Source of the DNA: Thermoanaerobaculia bacterium
GTDB taxonomy: Bacteria; Acidobacteriota; Thermoanaerobaculia; Gp7-AA8
Length of the DNA: 64,000 nt
Direction of reading: 5' to 3'
Assembly: GCA_036389275.1 (NCBI GenBank)
Contig: DASVQE010000009.1
Span: 30,568-94,567 of the forward strand
The first letter of the stretch is position 1. Each line of letters opens with the position of its first letter. The notes beneath the pieces were generated by a model. That model searched no databases. It had not been told where the DNA came from and saw only the letters and a program-made list of their open reading frames with translations. Of the stretch, positions 22,106-36,022 are shown in pieces. Position numbers and translations under genes: made by a program.

Positions 22106-23818
22106 ATGCGTTGGAGCCGTTACTTTCTCAATACGCTGCGCGAGGTCCCGGCCGACGCCGACGTCATCAGCCAGAAGCTGATGATGCGCGCCGGCATGAT
22201 CCGCAAAGTCGCCGCCGGCATCTACACCTATCTGCCGCTCGGCCTCCGTTCCGTACAGAAACTCGAAGCGATCGTGCGCGAGGAGATGAACCGCGCCGGC
22301 GCCGTCGAGCTGCTGATGCCGGCCATCCAGCCGGCGGAATTGTGGATGGAATCGGGTCGCTGGCAGAAGTATGGAAAAGAGCTTCTCCGGATCAAAGACC
22401 GCCACGACCGCGACTTCATCTTCGGACCGACGCATGAGGAAGTGATCACCGACAGCGTCCGCGACACGATCAATTCGTACCGGCAGCTCCCGGTCAATCT
22501 CTATCAGATCCAGACGAAGTTCCGCGATGAAGTGCGCCCGCGCTTCGGCCTCATGCGCGGCCGCGAGTTCATCATGAAGGACGCCTACTCGTTCCACACG
22601 TCGCGCGAGTCGCTCGACGTGACGTACGAGGCCATGCGCGCCGCCTACAGTGCCATCTTTCATCGCTGCGGGTTAGACCACGTACCGGTCGAAGCCGATA
22701 CCGGCAACATCGGCGGCTCCGCCTCGCACGAGTTCATGGTGCTGGCGCAGTCGGGCGAAGACGCGGTGGTGAGCTGCCCGAACTGCCGCTACGGCGCGAA
22801 CGTCGAGAAGGCCACCTCGAAGTTTTTCGACGACGAGGTCGAGCCGGCGCCGTCCGACGCCATCGCCGAATTGCACACGCCCGGCACGCAGTCGATCGAC
22901 GACGTCGGCAAGTTCCTCGGCAAGCCGACCTCGGAGCTGGTCAAGACGCTCGTCTTCGACAGCGACGTCGGCCCCGTGATGGTGCTGGTACGCGGCGATC
23001 GCGAAGGGAACGAGGTCAAGATCAAGAATCACCTCGGCGCGACGTTCCTCGAGATGATCGGCGAGTCGCGCTTCGAGGAAGCGACCGGCGGACCGGTCGG
23101 CTACTGCGGCCCGGTCGGCACCCGCTGCGCGCGCGTGCTCGCCGACTACGCGCTGCACGGACGCAAGCGCTGGATCGTCGGCGCGAACAAGAAGGATGCT
23201 CATCTCGACTACGCCGTGCCCGGCCGCGATTTTCCGGAGCCGGAGTACGGCGATTTCACGACCGTGCTCGCCGGCGATCCATGCGTGCGCTGCGGCACGC
23301 CGCTCGAGATCTATCGCGGCATCGAAGTCGGCCACGTGTTCAAGCTCGGCACGAAGTACTCCGAGGCCATGCACTGCGAGTATCTCGATGAGGGCGGCCA
23401 GCGCCAGCCGATGATCATGGGTTGCTACGGTCTCGGCATCGGCCGCACGGTGGCCTCCGCGGTCGAGCAGAGCCACGACGACGACGGCATCATCTGGCCC
23501 GTTCCGATCGCGCCGTTCGAAGCGGTGGTGACGTCGGTCGGCAAGGACGAGGCGGTCCTGCGCACCGCGACCGAAGTCTACGAAGCGCTGCTGCAGGCAG
23601 GCATCGACGTCCTCTTCGACGACCGCGACGAACGCCCCGGCGTGAAGTTCAAGGACGCCGATCTGATCGGCTTCCCGCTGCGGATCGCCGTCGGCGCGAA
23701 GAGCCTCGCCAACGGCCACGTCGAATGGAGCCACCGCAAGGATCGCGCGAAGCAGCTCGCCGCGCCGGCAGACGCCATCGCGCAGGTCATCGAAGCGGTG
23801 AAAGCGGCGCGCGTGTGA
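22106..23818 (+). CDS. proS: proline--tRNA ligase (bacterial type with editing domain)
   Basis: GIYTYLPLG, GPTHEEVIT, FRDEVRPRFGLMRGREF, GIEVGHVFKLG and MGCYGLG. Confidence 0.97.
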   Translation: MRWSRYFLNTLREVPADADVISQKLMMRAGMIRKVAAGIYTYLPLGLRSVQKLEAIVREEMNRAGAVELLMPAIQPAELWMESGRWQKYGKELLRIKDRHDRDFIFGPTHEEVITDSVRDTINSYRQLPVNLYQIQTKFRDEVRPRFGLMRGREFIMKDAYSFHTSRESLDVTYEAMRAAYSAIFHRCGLDHVPVEADTGNIGGSASHEFMVLAQSGEDAVVSCPNCRYGANVEKATSKFFDDEVEPAPSDAIAELHTPGTQSIDDVGKFLGKPTSELVKTLVFDSDVGPVMVLVRGDREGNEVKIKNHLGATFLEMIGESRFEEATGGPVGYCGPVGTRCARVLADYALHGRKRWIVGANKKDAHLDYAVPGRDFPEPEYGDFTTVLAGDPCVRCGTPLEIYRGIEVGHVFKLGTKYSEAMHCEYLDEGGQRQPMIMGCYGLGIGRTVASAVEQSHDDDGIIWPVPIAPFEAVVTSVGKDEAVLRTATEVYEALLQAGIDVLFDDRDERPGVKFKDADLIGFPLRIAVGAKSLANGHVEWSHRKDRAKQLAAPADAIAQVIEAVKAARV

Positions 23819-23828
23819 CGCGCGCCGC

Positions 23829-24090
23829 TTAGTGCTAAGTGCAAAGTGCTAAGTGCTGACACGCGCCGCGCGATTGCAACTCGCGCTCGGGAGGCACGTG
23901 TCACCCGAGCGCGAGGTGCAATCACGCCGTTCGCGCCAGCACTTAGCACTCAGCACTTAGCACTGCGCTGCGGCGCGAAGTGCTGACACGCGCCGCGCGA
24001 CTGCACCTCGCGCTCGGGAGGCACGTGTCACCCGAGCGGAAGGTGCATCCGCGCCGCTCGCGCCAGCACTTAGCACTCAGCACTTAGCAC
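23829..24090. repeat. tandemly duplicated REP/MITE-like hairpin element with heptamer (AGTGCT[A/G]) arms
   Basis: Units at 23851-23964 and 23978-24090 (period 127). Each has an inner stem (17/18 pairs in unit 1, 23874-23921) and CAGCACTTAGCACT outer arms. Confidence 0.9.
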
Positions 24091-24118
24091 CGTCTTCGCC
24101 TCTGCTATCCTGCGCGCC

Positions 24119-25516
24119 ATGCGCAAGTTCCTTCTGCTCCTGCTCGGTTTCGCAGCATTGCCGACGCTCGCTCAGAACGTCGACATCGAGTCGCTCTCCG
24201 GCCTGCAGTTCAACTTCGGCAATCCCGGCGCGCGGTCCCTCGGCATGGGCGGCGCGTTCCTCGGTCTCGCCGACGATGCTTCGGCCGCCGAAGCAAATCC
24301 GGCCGGCCTGACCATCCTCCGCAAGCCGGAAGTCTCCATCGAGGCGCGCAATTACCTCGAGCAGCAGCTCTTCACCACCAGCGGTACGTATCCCGACGTC
24401 GAGCGCACGCCGTTCACGCACTACAGCGACCGCGTGGTGGTCTCGTTCGCGAGCGCGGTCTATCCGTTCAAGAAATTCACCGTCGGCGCCTACTTTCACG
24501 AGCCGCTGAACAACGAAGGCAGCGGCGTGGTCGCGCCGCGCTTCGACGAGCTCACCGGCCGCCTCGAGACGGCGCTGCCGAATTTCTACCTGCCGGTCAC
24601 CGGCCAGAATCAGTTCGGCGATCCGGTCACGCAGGCGCAGTGCGAGGCGCTCCGTCACACGAACAACAATCCGTTCGCCTGCCTCGAGTTCCGCGTCAAT
24701 CCGTTCATTTCCGCGCTCGACGTGCGGCAGCGCACCTTCGGTCTCGCCGGCGCGTGGCAGATCCATCCGAAGTTCTCCGTCGGCGCGACGGTGCGCCATC
24801 AGCGGTTCCAGGAGGCGGCCTTCACCTTCCGCTTCACGCAGCAGTTTGACGCGGACGCGGTGATCGTGCAGGCGACAGCGAAGGAGAACGGCGCCGACGT
24901 CGATGTGATCGAAGAGAGCGACACCACGTTCGCGGCCGGCTTCAAGTGGTCGCCCACCGACAAGATCAGCGTCGGCGGCGTCTACAAGCAGGGTCCGGAG
25001 TTCGCCGCGCCGCTCTTCTTCGCGAATGCCGCCACGAACTTCGACTTCGTGCGCGCCGCGGAGACGAAGTTCCACATTCCCGACGTCGCCGGCGTCGGCG
25101 TGTCGGTGCGTCCGATCCCGGTGCTGACCGTCAACTTCGACGCGGTGCGCGTGACCTACTCGAATCTCGCCGACGACTTCGTCGCGTCCGTCGCCGACGT
25201 GCGCGAGCTCGACGAGCCATTCGGTGCTGACGACGTCCTGGAGCTGCACCTCGGCGCGGAGTATTTCTTCTCCACCAAGATCCCGTTCGCGCTGCGCGCC
25301 GGCTACTGGCGCGACCCGGCGCACGCCATCGAATGGCGCGGCCCGGTGAACCGCCCCGACTTCATCGCCGAGTCGCTGCTCTACCCGAAGGGCGAGACCC
25401 AGAACCACATCTCCGTCGGCGCCGGCTTCGCCTGGCCCCGTTTCCAGATCGACGCCGCGTACGACTCGTCAGAGCATTACAAGGTGGGGTCGATTTCGAT
25501 GGTGGCGCGGTTCTAG
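24119..25516 (+). CDS. OmpP1/FadL-family outer-membrane transporter
   Basis: Signal peptide, NPGARSLGMGGAFLGLADDASAAEANPAGL and C-terminal Phe. Confidence 0.88.
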   Translation: MRKFLLLLLGFAALPTLAQNVDIESLSGLQFNFGNPGARSLGMGGAFLGLADDASAAEANPAGLTILRKPEVSIEARNYLEQQLFTTSGTYPDVERTPFTHYSDRVVVSFASAVYPFKKFTVGAYFHEPLNNEGSGVVAPRFDELTGRLETALPNFYLPVTGQNQFGDPVTQAQCEALRHTNNNPFACLEFRVNPFISALDVRQRTFGLAGAWQIHPKFSVGATVRHQRFQEAAFTFRFTQQFDADAVIVQATAKENGADVDVIEESDTTFAAGFKWSPTDKISVGGVYKQGPEFAAPLFFANAATNFDFVRAAETKFHIPDVAGVGVSVRPIPVLTVNFDAVRVTYSNLADDFVASVADVRELDEPFGADDVLELHLGAEYFFSTKIPFALRAGYWRDPAHAIEWRGPVNRPDFIAESLLYPKGETQNHISVGAGFAWPRFQIDAAYDSSEHYKVGSISMVARF

Positions 25517-26169
25517 TCGCTGACGGCGTCGAGCGGCACGTCCAGCAGATCGAACTGCTGCCAGCCGCCGAAATCGTAGTGCCACCATTCGCTCGGAAAG
25601 ACTTCGAATCCGTTGCGGGTCATGACCTCGCGTAGCAATGCGCGATTGACGATCGCCTCGGCCGGCAGGTCGTTGAAGGCGTGGGCGGCGCGCGGCGTGA
25701 AGTCGTCGTAGCCGGTCGGCATCGCGAGCTCGTCGCCGGTTTTCAAATCGATCAGGGTGAGGTCGACCGCGGCGCCGCGGTTGTGGCGCGAGCCTTTCTT
25801 CGGATCGGCGACAAAGTCGGGATCGTGGATGGCGTCCCACATGGCCACGGTCACGCGATACGGGCGATAGCCGTCGAAGATCTTGATGCCGAGGCCGCGG
25901 GCGGCGAGCTCGCGCTGCACGTTCGCGAGTGCGGCGGCGGCGGGCGCGCGGAGAAACGCTTTCGCCGACGGATAGAGCGGGCGGTGCATGAAGTTGTTCG
26001 GCGTGGCGTAGCGGATGTCGAGCGGAATGCCGCGCGCGGCGAGGTCGACCAGCTCGTTCGACGCATCGGCGCGCACCGCGGCGCGGTACTCGCGCGCGTT
26101 CGCGACCTGCAGGCGCGAGCTGGCGCAGGCGACGAAGAGCAGCAGCGCGAAGTTGATCGCCCGTCTCAT
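25513..26169 (-). CDS. ddpX: D-alanyl-D-alanine dipeptidase (VanX/DdpX, M15D), lipoprotein
   Basis: LDIRYATPNNF, IFDGYRP, SRHNRGAAVDLT and SEWWHYD; lipobox FVAC. Confidence 0.92.
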   Translation of the reverse strand: MRRAINFALLLFVACASSRLQVANAREYRAAVRADASNELVDLAARGIPLDIRYATPNNFMHRPLYPSAKAFLRAPAAAALANVQRELAARGLGIKIFDGYRPYRVTVAMWDAIHDPDFVADPKKGSRHNRGAAVDLTLIDLKTGDELAMPTGYDDFTPRAAHAFNDLPAEAIVNRALLREVMTRNGFEVFPSEWWHYDFGGWQQFDLLDVPLDAVSD

Positions 26170-26191
26170 CTCTTCTACTGTAGCCCGTCAC

Positions 26192-27385
26192 ATGGAGCTT
26201 GATATTTTCTTTTCGATTTGCCAGACCGAGGTGCACGGCTACCTGCCGAGCGAAAAGGTGATGTTCGAGAACTTCTTCGAACAGGTCGAGCTCGCCGACG
26301 CGCTCGGCTTCGGCACTGCCTGGGTCGCGGAGAGTCATCTCTCGACGGAAGTGCAGAAGACCAATCCCGGGGCGGTCATCCCGCACTTTGTCGGCGAGAT
26401 CGGGCTCAACACCGACATCCTGCAGCTCGCCCATCGCGTCTTCGCGCGCACGAAGCGCATCGGCATCGGCTCGGCCATCATGAACATCCTCTGCAACGGC
26501 GGCCCGATCGCCGCGGCGGAGCGGATCAAGACCTTTCTCGCGCTGCACGGCCTCGACGAGAACGAGCGGCGCCTGCTCACCGTCGGCTTCGCCTCCGGGC
26601 GCTTCCCGTTCATCAACGTCCCGTACGGCATCGTCCCGCGCGATCCGGTCGAGGCGGCCGCGTGGCCGGTGGTGAAGAACAAGATCTTCGAGGAGGCGAC
26701 GGAGATTTTTCTCCGGCTGCTCAAAGGCGAAGTGCTCTCGTCGCGCGAGATCACGCCGCGCGCCCTGCGCCGCGCCGACTTCCGCACCGACGCCGACTGG
26801 CAGCGCGCCGTCGACGCATTCGGTCAACAAGTTGACGAGATTCCGCTGGCGCCGCGCTGGCGCTTCCCGAACCTGAAGATCATCCCGCAGGAGTCGCGCA
26901 TGGACCTGCTGCGCCTCTCCATCGGCTCGCACGATCCCGCCACGCAGATCTTCGCCAACACCATCCTGCCGGTGGGCGTGTTCAATCTCTCCATCACGCC
27001 GGGCGCCGAGATCGAGCAGACCAACGAGCGCATGCGCACGCACTACCATCCGGACGGCGGCGGCTGGCAGCGCCGCCTCATGCCGCGCACGGTGCTCGTC
27101 TTCATCAACGACGACCCGGCGCAGGCCCGCGAAGAAGCGCGCGACGCGCTCTCGAACTACTGGCGCGCCCTCGAAGGCACCCTCGACGAGGAAAAGGTGC
27201 GCCGCGCCACCGACAACGCCCTGGTCGGCGACGCCGCCGAGATCGCCGCCCAGGCCCGCGAGCGCTTCCACCCCGAAGACCGCCTGATGCTCTGGTTCGA
27301 CTTCAACAATCACGACTCAAAAAGAGTCATGAAAAACATGCGCGATTTTGTGGAACGGGTGATGCCTCAGATGCGCAGCTCGTAA
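26192..27385 (+). CDS. luciferase-like (LLM) flavin-dependent oxidoreductase
   Basis: ADALGFGTAWVAESH, RTKRIGIGSAI and GFASG; ATG at 26192. Confidence 0.88.
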   Translation: MELDIFFSICQTEVHGYLPSEKVMFENFFEQVELADALGFGTAWVAESHLSTEVQKTNPGAVIPHFVGEIGLNTDILQLAHRVFARTKRIGIGSAIMNILCNGGPIAAAERIKTFLALHGLDENERRLLTVGFASGRFPFINVPYGIVPRDPVEAAAWPVVKNKIFEEATEIFLRLLKGEVLSSREITPRALRRADFRTDADWQRAVDAFGQQVDEIPLAPRWRFPNLKIIPQESRMDLLRLSIGSHDPATQIFANTILPVGVFNLSITPGAEIEQTNERMRTHYHPDGGGWQRRLMPRTVLVFINDDPAQAREEARDALSNYWRALEGTLDEEKVRRATDNALVGDAAEIAAQARERFHPEDRLMLWFDFNNHDSKRVMKNMRDFVERVMPQMRSS

Positions 27386-29853
27386 ACGCCGCGGCCGTGC
27401 GTGGCCGCGCGCAGCAGCCGCCGGCTCGGGTGAATCTGCAGGTCGAACACCGGCGCGTCCGGCAGTCCGTTCGAGAGCGGCGTCCAGCTCGCGCCTGAGT
27501 CGGGCGAATGCCAGACGCCGATGTCCGCGCCGGCGTAGAGTTTCGCCGGATCGGCGCGGTCGACGACGATGGCGTTGTGCTCGACGTCGAGCAGGCTGTC
27601 TCCGCCGGCCGGTCCGCTGCGCTCTTCCCACGCCGTGCCGTCGTAGTGCCAGACGTGGCGGAAGTCGCCCATGCCGCCCATGGTGATGTACAGCGACTCG
27701 CCGGTGGCGTCGGCGGTGTCGATGGCGATGTCGCTGACCGGACCGACGACGCCGAGCGCGCCGCCCGCGGCCTCCTCGAGATGCGCCGCGTTCCACGCGC
27801 CGCCGCTCTTCTCGATGCGCAGCACTTCGCCTTTCGTCGTGCCGGCGAAGAGGCGCGTCGCGGTTGCGAAGGCGAGGCAGTAGATCTCGCCGGCGCTCCC
27901 GGTGGCGAGGCTTTCGGAGAACGTCGCGCCGAAATCGCGCGAGAAGAAGACGCTGCCGAGGACCGCCACCGCCACGAGCTCCGCCTCGGCCGGCGCCTGC
28001 TCGTTGCGCGGCAGGGCCGCGAGCGGATAGGTCATGAGGAAGAACTGGAAGTCGAGTCCGGCCGGGAACGTCGCGCCGCCGTTGGTCGAGCGCAGCACCT
28101 GTCCATTCGCCGACACGAGCACGCGCTTCGGATCGGCCCAGTTGACCAGGCAGTAGCCGCCGTCGCCGTCCATCACGTGATCCCATGCGGCCGTGCCGAG
28201 CGTGCGCGCGGAGCCGTTGTCCTGCAGGCCGCAGAACAGAATGTGCGGATCGCTCGGGTGCTGCGCGAGGAAATTCGTGCAGAGACAGGAGAGGCCGTCG
28301 TTGCGGCTGGCGAACGTGCCGCTTCCGCGCGGATCGCGGTTGAGAAACACGCCGCCGTCGGAGCCGCACCAGAGCGCGTTCGGATTCGCCGGCGTATGCG
28401 TGAGCACATGCACGTCGGCGTGCGCGTGCTCGCCGATCGACTTCGACGAAATCTTCCCCTTCGCCGTGATCTTGCAGCGGAAGATCGCCGCGCCTCGCGG
28501 CGTCGCGCTGCCGCCGGCGTAAATAATCGCTTCGTCCGACGGGTCGACGGCGATGGCGAGGTCGTAGTCACCCTGGCTGTTGCCGTGTTTGTCCGGCGGC
28601 AGGATGTTCGGCGGATTGGTGAGCGCCGACCAGGCATTCGTGGCGAGGTCGAGACGGAAGATGCCGTGCAGCGTGCCGTTGTTGCGCGCGACCAGCGCGA
28701 AGACGAACTTCGGCTCCGAGGCTTGCGCGGCGAGCGCGACCCGCCGCACGTCGGCAGCCGGAAAGCCGCTGCCGGCCGCGGCCCAGGTCGCGCCGTCGGA
28801 AGAGGAGACGACGCCGCCACTGCCCGCCGCGTAGAAACGCGTCGCGCCGCTGACGGTCGTGACGATGACGCTGGTGAAGATGCCTTTCCGCCGCCGCGTC
28901 CAGACGGGATCGCCGTTGGTGTCGAGCGTCCGCTCGTACAGGCCGTCCGTCGTCGCGGCGACGACATGCTCGCCGTCGCGCGGATCGACGGCGAGCGCGT
29001 AAAACGCTTTGCCGGCCAGCGTCGGCGAGCCGGCGTCGACGTCCTCGACGCGCCACGACTGGCCGCCGTCGGTGCTGCACACCGGGCCGATGCCGCGATA
29101 CGCCGGCAACGCCCGCACGATGCGTTTGTCGAAGAGGCCGTGCGTGTCGCCTTCGCCGGTGCCGACGTAGACGCGATCGGGATCGTCGGGAGCGATGGCG
29201 ATGGCGCCGCAGGCCAGGCTGGTGCTCGCGAAGTTGGTCGGGTCGATGTCGAAGGCGTCCATCAGCGCGCGCCACGTCACGCCGGCATCGTCGGAGCGGA
29301 AGACGCCGCCGTTCGCGCTCGCCGCGTAGATGCGCCGCCCGTCGCGCGCAATGGCGAGGCCGGAGACGCGTCCGGCCACCGCCGGATTGCCGAGGGCCTG
29401 TCCGTTCGTGACCACGGTCGGTCCGAGCGGCGTCCAGTTGTTCGCGCCCGGCACGACGGGACTCGGCATCGCCGCGCCGTCCATCGCCGTCGCTTCCGCG
29501 ACCACTGCGGCCGGCATCGCGCCGACCTTCCGCTGCTTGTATTCGCGGAGGCGGTCGAGCCAGACCGTCTCGTCCACCTGCGGCGCGTTCGCCACCGCTT
29601 CGAGCTCTTCCTCCGGATCGACGCGGCGCGTCTCCGTCACGCGCGTCACTTCGTCGCGCGGCGCGTCGGCCGTCGCCGCGGCGACGATCGCTCCGCCGTC
29701 GTCCGCGTCGATCGTCGTGGCCTGCGGCGCCGCGGCAATGGCGGTCGCGCGCGGCTCGAGACGCGCGTACGTCGCGCGCCGCTGCTCGAACAACCACTCC
29801 CGCGGTCCGCCGTCGCCGCGCTCCTCGTTGCCGCCCTCGACTTCGTCCGCCAT
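27367..29853 (-). CDS. BNR/Asp-box beta-propeller (glycosyl hydrolase/sialidase-like) protein
   Basis: WTPLGP, GRVSGLA, SDDAGVTW, STDGGQSW, HADVHVL and AATHGRGVYEL. Confidence 0.85.
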   Translation of the reverse strand: MADEVEGGNEERGDGGPREWLFEQRRATYARLEPRATAIAAAPQATTIDADDGGAIVAAATADAPRDEVTRVTETRRVDPEEELEAVANAPQVDETVWLDRLREYKQRKVGAMPAAVVAEATAMDGAAMPSPVVPGANNWTPLGPTVVTNGQALGNPAVAGRVSGLAIARDGRRIYAASANGGVFRSDDAGVTWRALMDAFDIDPTNFASTSLACGAIAIAPDDPDRVYVGTGEGDTHGLFDKRIVRALPAYRGIGPVCSTDGGQSWRVEDVDAGSPTLAGKAFYALAVDPRDGEHVVAATTDGLYERTLDTNGDPVWTRRRKGIFTSVIVTTVSGATRFYAAGSGGVVSSSDGATWAAAGSGFPAADVRRVALAAQASEPKFVFALVARNNGTLHGIFRLDLATNAWSALTNPPNILPPDKHGNSQGDYDLAIAVDPSDEAIIYAGGSATPRGAAIFRCKITAKGKISSKSIGEHAHADVHVLTHTPANPNALWCGSDGGVFLNRDPRGSGTFASRNDGLSCLCTNFLAQHPSDPHILFCGLQDNGSARTLGTAAWDHVMDGDGGYCLVNWADPKRVLVSANGQVLRSTNGGATFPAGLDFQFFLMTYPLAALPRNEQAPAEAELVAVAVLGSVFFSRDFGATFSESLATGSAGEIYCLAFATATRLFAGTTKGEVLRIEKSGGAWNAAHLEEAAGGALGVVGPVSDIAIDTADATGESLYITMGGMGDFRHVWHYDGTAWEERSGPAGGDSLLDVEHNAIVVDRADPAKLYAGADIGVWHSPDSGASWTPLSNGLPDAPVFDLQIHPSRRLLRAATHGRGVYELRI

Positions 29854-29903
29854 GCAGACCTCCTTCGGTGTTAGACGGACTCCTGCCCTAGAATCCCCGC
29901 GGG

Positions 29904-30978
29904 ATGACCACGCTCGACGAGCAACAGACCGCCTTCGACGAGAGCGCTGCGCCGAATTTTGCGCGCGTCATGCCGAACTGGCAGCCGCTGGTCGAGTACC
30001 GGCGCAACGGCGTGGCGGAGAACACCATTCACGGCGCGGTGTCGTGGGTGTCGGGCAAGAACCTCATCTACTCGTTCGGCGGGAACGTCGAGGTGTACGG
30101 GCGCTCGATGGTGAAGCCGCTGATGATGAAGGTGTTCACGCGCGAGTTCGCGCGCGCGCTCACCTCCGAGCAGCAGGCCATCTCCGTGGCCTCGCACAAC
30201 GGCGACACCGAGCACGTAGCCGTGGCGCGTTCGATCCTGCTCGAGGGCGAATGGGGTCTCATGCAGACGCCGCACGACGTGCCGCTCGTGCAGTTCGGCC
30301 GGCAGGTGCGCCGCCCGCGCCGCTGGTATCACTGCTGTTCCGGCGAGCACGCCGCCATCCTGCGCGGCTGCAAGCTCAAAGGGTGGCGCCGCGTCGGCTA
30401 CGTCTGGCCGCACCATCCGTTCTTCCAGACCTACCTGCGCTACATCCAGGACGTTCTCGGACCGGAGTGGAAGACCGGCACCATCGCCAAGGACGGCTGC
30501 GGATTGCCGACGGTATCGATGACGGTAACGGATCTCGCTAAATTGTTCGCTAATCTAGTGACGGAAAAGGATGATGATTGGATCTGGCCAGCCATGGTCG
30601 GCCATCCCGATCTCATCGGCGGCTTCAATCGCCTCGACTCCACCATCCTCAAGGCCTGCGGCGGCCGCGTGCTCGCCAAGGAAGGCGCCGACGGTCTCCT
30701 CGGCCTGGCCATCGAGCATCCCGAATATCCCGAGGGTCTCGGCGTGGTCGTGAAGATCGCCCACGGCTGGAATCCCCAGGCGACCTGGTACATCGCCCGC
30801 TACATCCTCGGCGTGCTCGGTTTCGAGTTCCGCAACCCGTACAAGCTGCGCCGGCAGAAGGCCTACATCGTCCCGGAGGTCATCCCGCCGAACCTGCGCG
30901 AGCGCATGGCCGCCATCGTGCCGTGGGACTCCTGGGATCCCGACATCGACCGCTGGGAGTTCGATCCGGAGGAGTTCA

Positions 30979-30992
<14 letters not shown>
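29904..30992 (+). CDS. type-II/Rhizobium etli class L-asparaginase-like amidohydrolase (atypical active site)
   Basis: RSMVKP, ASHNG, HCCSGEH (canonical HNCSGKH), DGCGLP and AKEGADG. Confidence 0.82.
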
Positions 30993-34705
<3,713 letters not shown>

Positions 34706-34713
34706 TCGCCGTT

Positions 34714-35154
34714 ATGCGAGCTCGCGTCGTCGCCGGAGGCGCGATCCTCCTCGCCTTAGCCTGGTGGCTCTTCGGCTTCACTACATACCGCGAAGGCCCA
34801 TTCACAACGACCCTCTATCGCCGTTGGGGCCGCGTCACTCGCATCGATATGTCCGCAAATGATGCCCGCCAAATCACGCACGAACGCATTCTCTTCAAAT
34901 GGTCTGACCCCTACGAGCCCGGCGACCCGACCACCTCCTGTGCCGCAATCCCATCCGAGGTCTGGCAAGACCGGAACCGCGACGGCAAGTGGGACACCTG
35001 GCTATTTCGCACCAGCCCAAACGCCCACGGCGACTGTTCCATCGAATACCGAGTCGACCTGACCAACGACGGCCACCCAGATTGGCAGTTCACCAGCGCA
35101 TTCGGAAAATACGAAGAAGCGAGAGCTGGAATCGTTCGTCGCAGAGGCTACTGA
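34714..35154 (+). CDS. hypothetical anchored/exported protein with two DxNxDGxxD Ca-binding-like loops
   Basis: N-terminal hydrophobic segment; DRNRDGKWD and DLTNDGHPD. Confidence 0.6.
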   Translation: MRARVVAGGAILLALAWWLFGFTTYREGPFTTTLYRRWGRVTRIDMSANDARQITHERILFKWSDPYEPGDPTTSCAAIPSEVWQDRNRDGKWDTWLFRTSPNAHGDCSIEYRVDLTNDGHPDWQFTSAFGKYEEARAGIVRRRGY

Positions 35155-35304
35155 CGCGTGCATCTGCCGTGCATCTCGGGAACGTGCGAGTCAGTCATGC
35201 CGCTGGCGGCGACGCGCGAGCTTCTAACGTTCAGCAGACGCAAACGAACAGTCACGACCCAACCAATGCGCGGCCAGAAGCCGACAAACTGCTAACATTC
35301 GCGC

Positions 35305-35985
35305 ATGTGTTGGGCCAGAAACCTACACGCGGCCGTGGTGACATTCATCCTGCTGCTGGCGACGGGGTGCATCAATACGGGTGCGGCTCGGTACACTGCG
35401 AAATCCACGAATATTGACGGGTTACTCCTCTCGTCGGCAGTAACGGTGGTTCCTGCCGGGCAGTCGCGATCACAACTGTGGAGTGAGTCTGTTGCCTCCG
35501 CCGCGTATGACCTGAGTGCGCCTGTGTCTGTTCAGATCGCCTGTAACGGGACGACTTCGGGTGAGTGGGCCACACGAGCCGCCAGGTATCAGCTCCGTGT
35601 CACGCCGGATCCCGAGCTCCACTTTCGTAAGCTCTTTCTGGACGAAATCTATCGATATTGGAGAGACCAGCCGCGCTCATATCTTGAGTCTTACCAGTAT
35701 CTGCCGGCCGACAAAAGCGTTCTCGAAAAGAATGCCCGCTACGTTCTCTATATAAAGCCCGGTCACGAGCGGCCGGGCGCGACATATCTGTTCTACGCGA
35801 ACAATCATGTGTTTGAGTTGGAATTCAAGTCCGTCGCCGGCGACGGCTCCGGGCCGCTCAGTTCTTTCATTGCCGAGCATGTCGCGTTTCGTGAAGACGG
35901 CGAAACGATCGATCAGATCTACTTCGAGCCACAATATTCGCCTCTCAAACTGATGGCGCTGATCGAGTCCGGCGCCCTGCGGTAG
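35305..35985 (+). CDS. hypothetical lipoprotein
   Basis: Lipobox LLATG-C after a hydrophobic stretch. Confidence 0.6.
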   Translation: MCWARNLHAAVVTFILLLATGCINTGAARYTAKSTNIDGLLLSSAVTVVPAGQSRSQLWSESVASAAYDLSAPVSVQIACNGTTSGEWATRAARYQLRVTPDPELHFRKLFLDEIYRYWRDQPRSYLESYQYLPADKSVLEKNARYVLYIKPGHERPGATYLFYANNHVFELEFKSVAGDGSGPLSSFIAEHVAFREDGETIDQIYFEPQYSPLKLMALIESGALR

Positions 35986-36022
35986 CGGCACCGCGCTTAC
36001 ACGTGCGGGCGCGAGCGCGGCC

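Noticed and set aside
23829-24090. Possible CRISPR array
   Set aside because: Only two long units with near-identical interiors, no unique spacers and no cas genes.
25513-26169. Vancomycin-resistance locus
   Set aside because: Lone VanX/DdpX-family lipoprotein without vanH/vanA/vanRS; ordinary peptidoglycan recycling.
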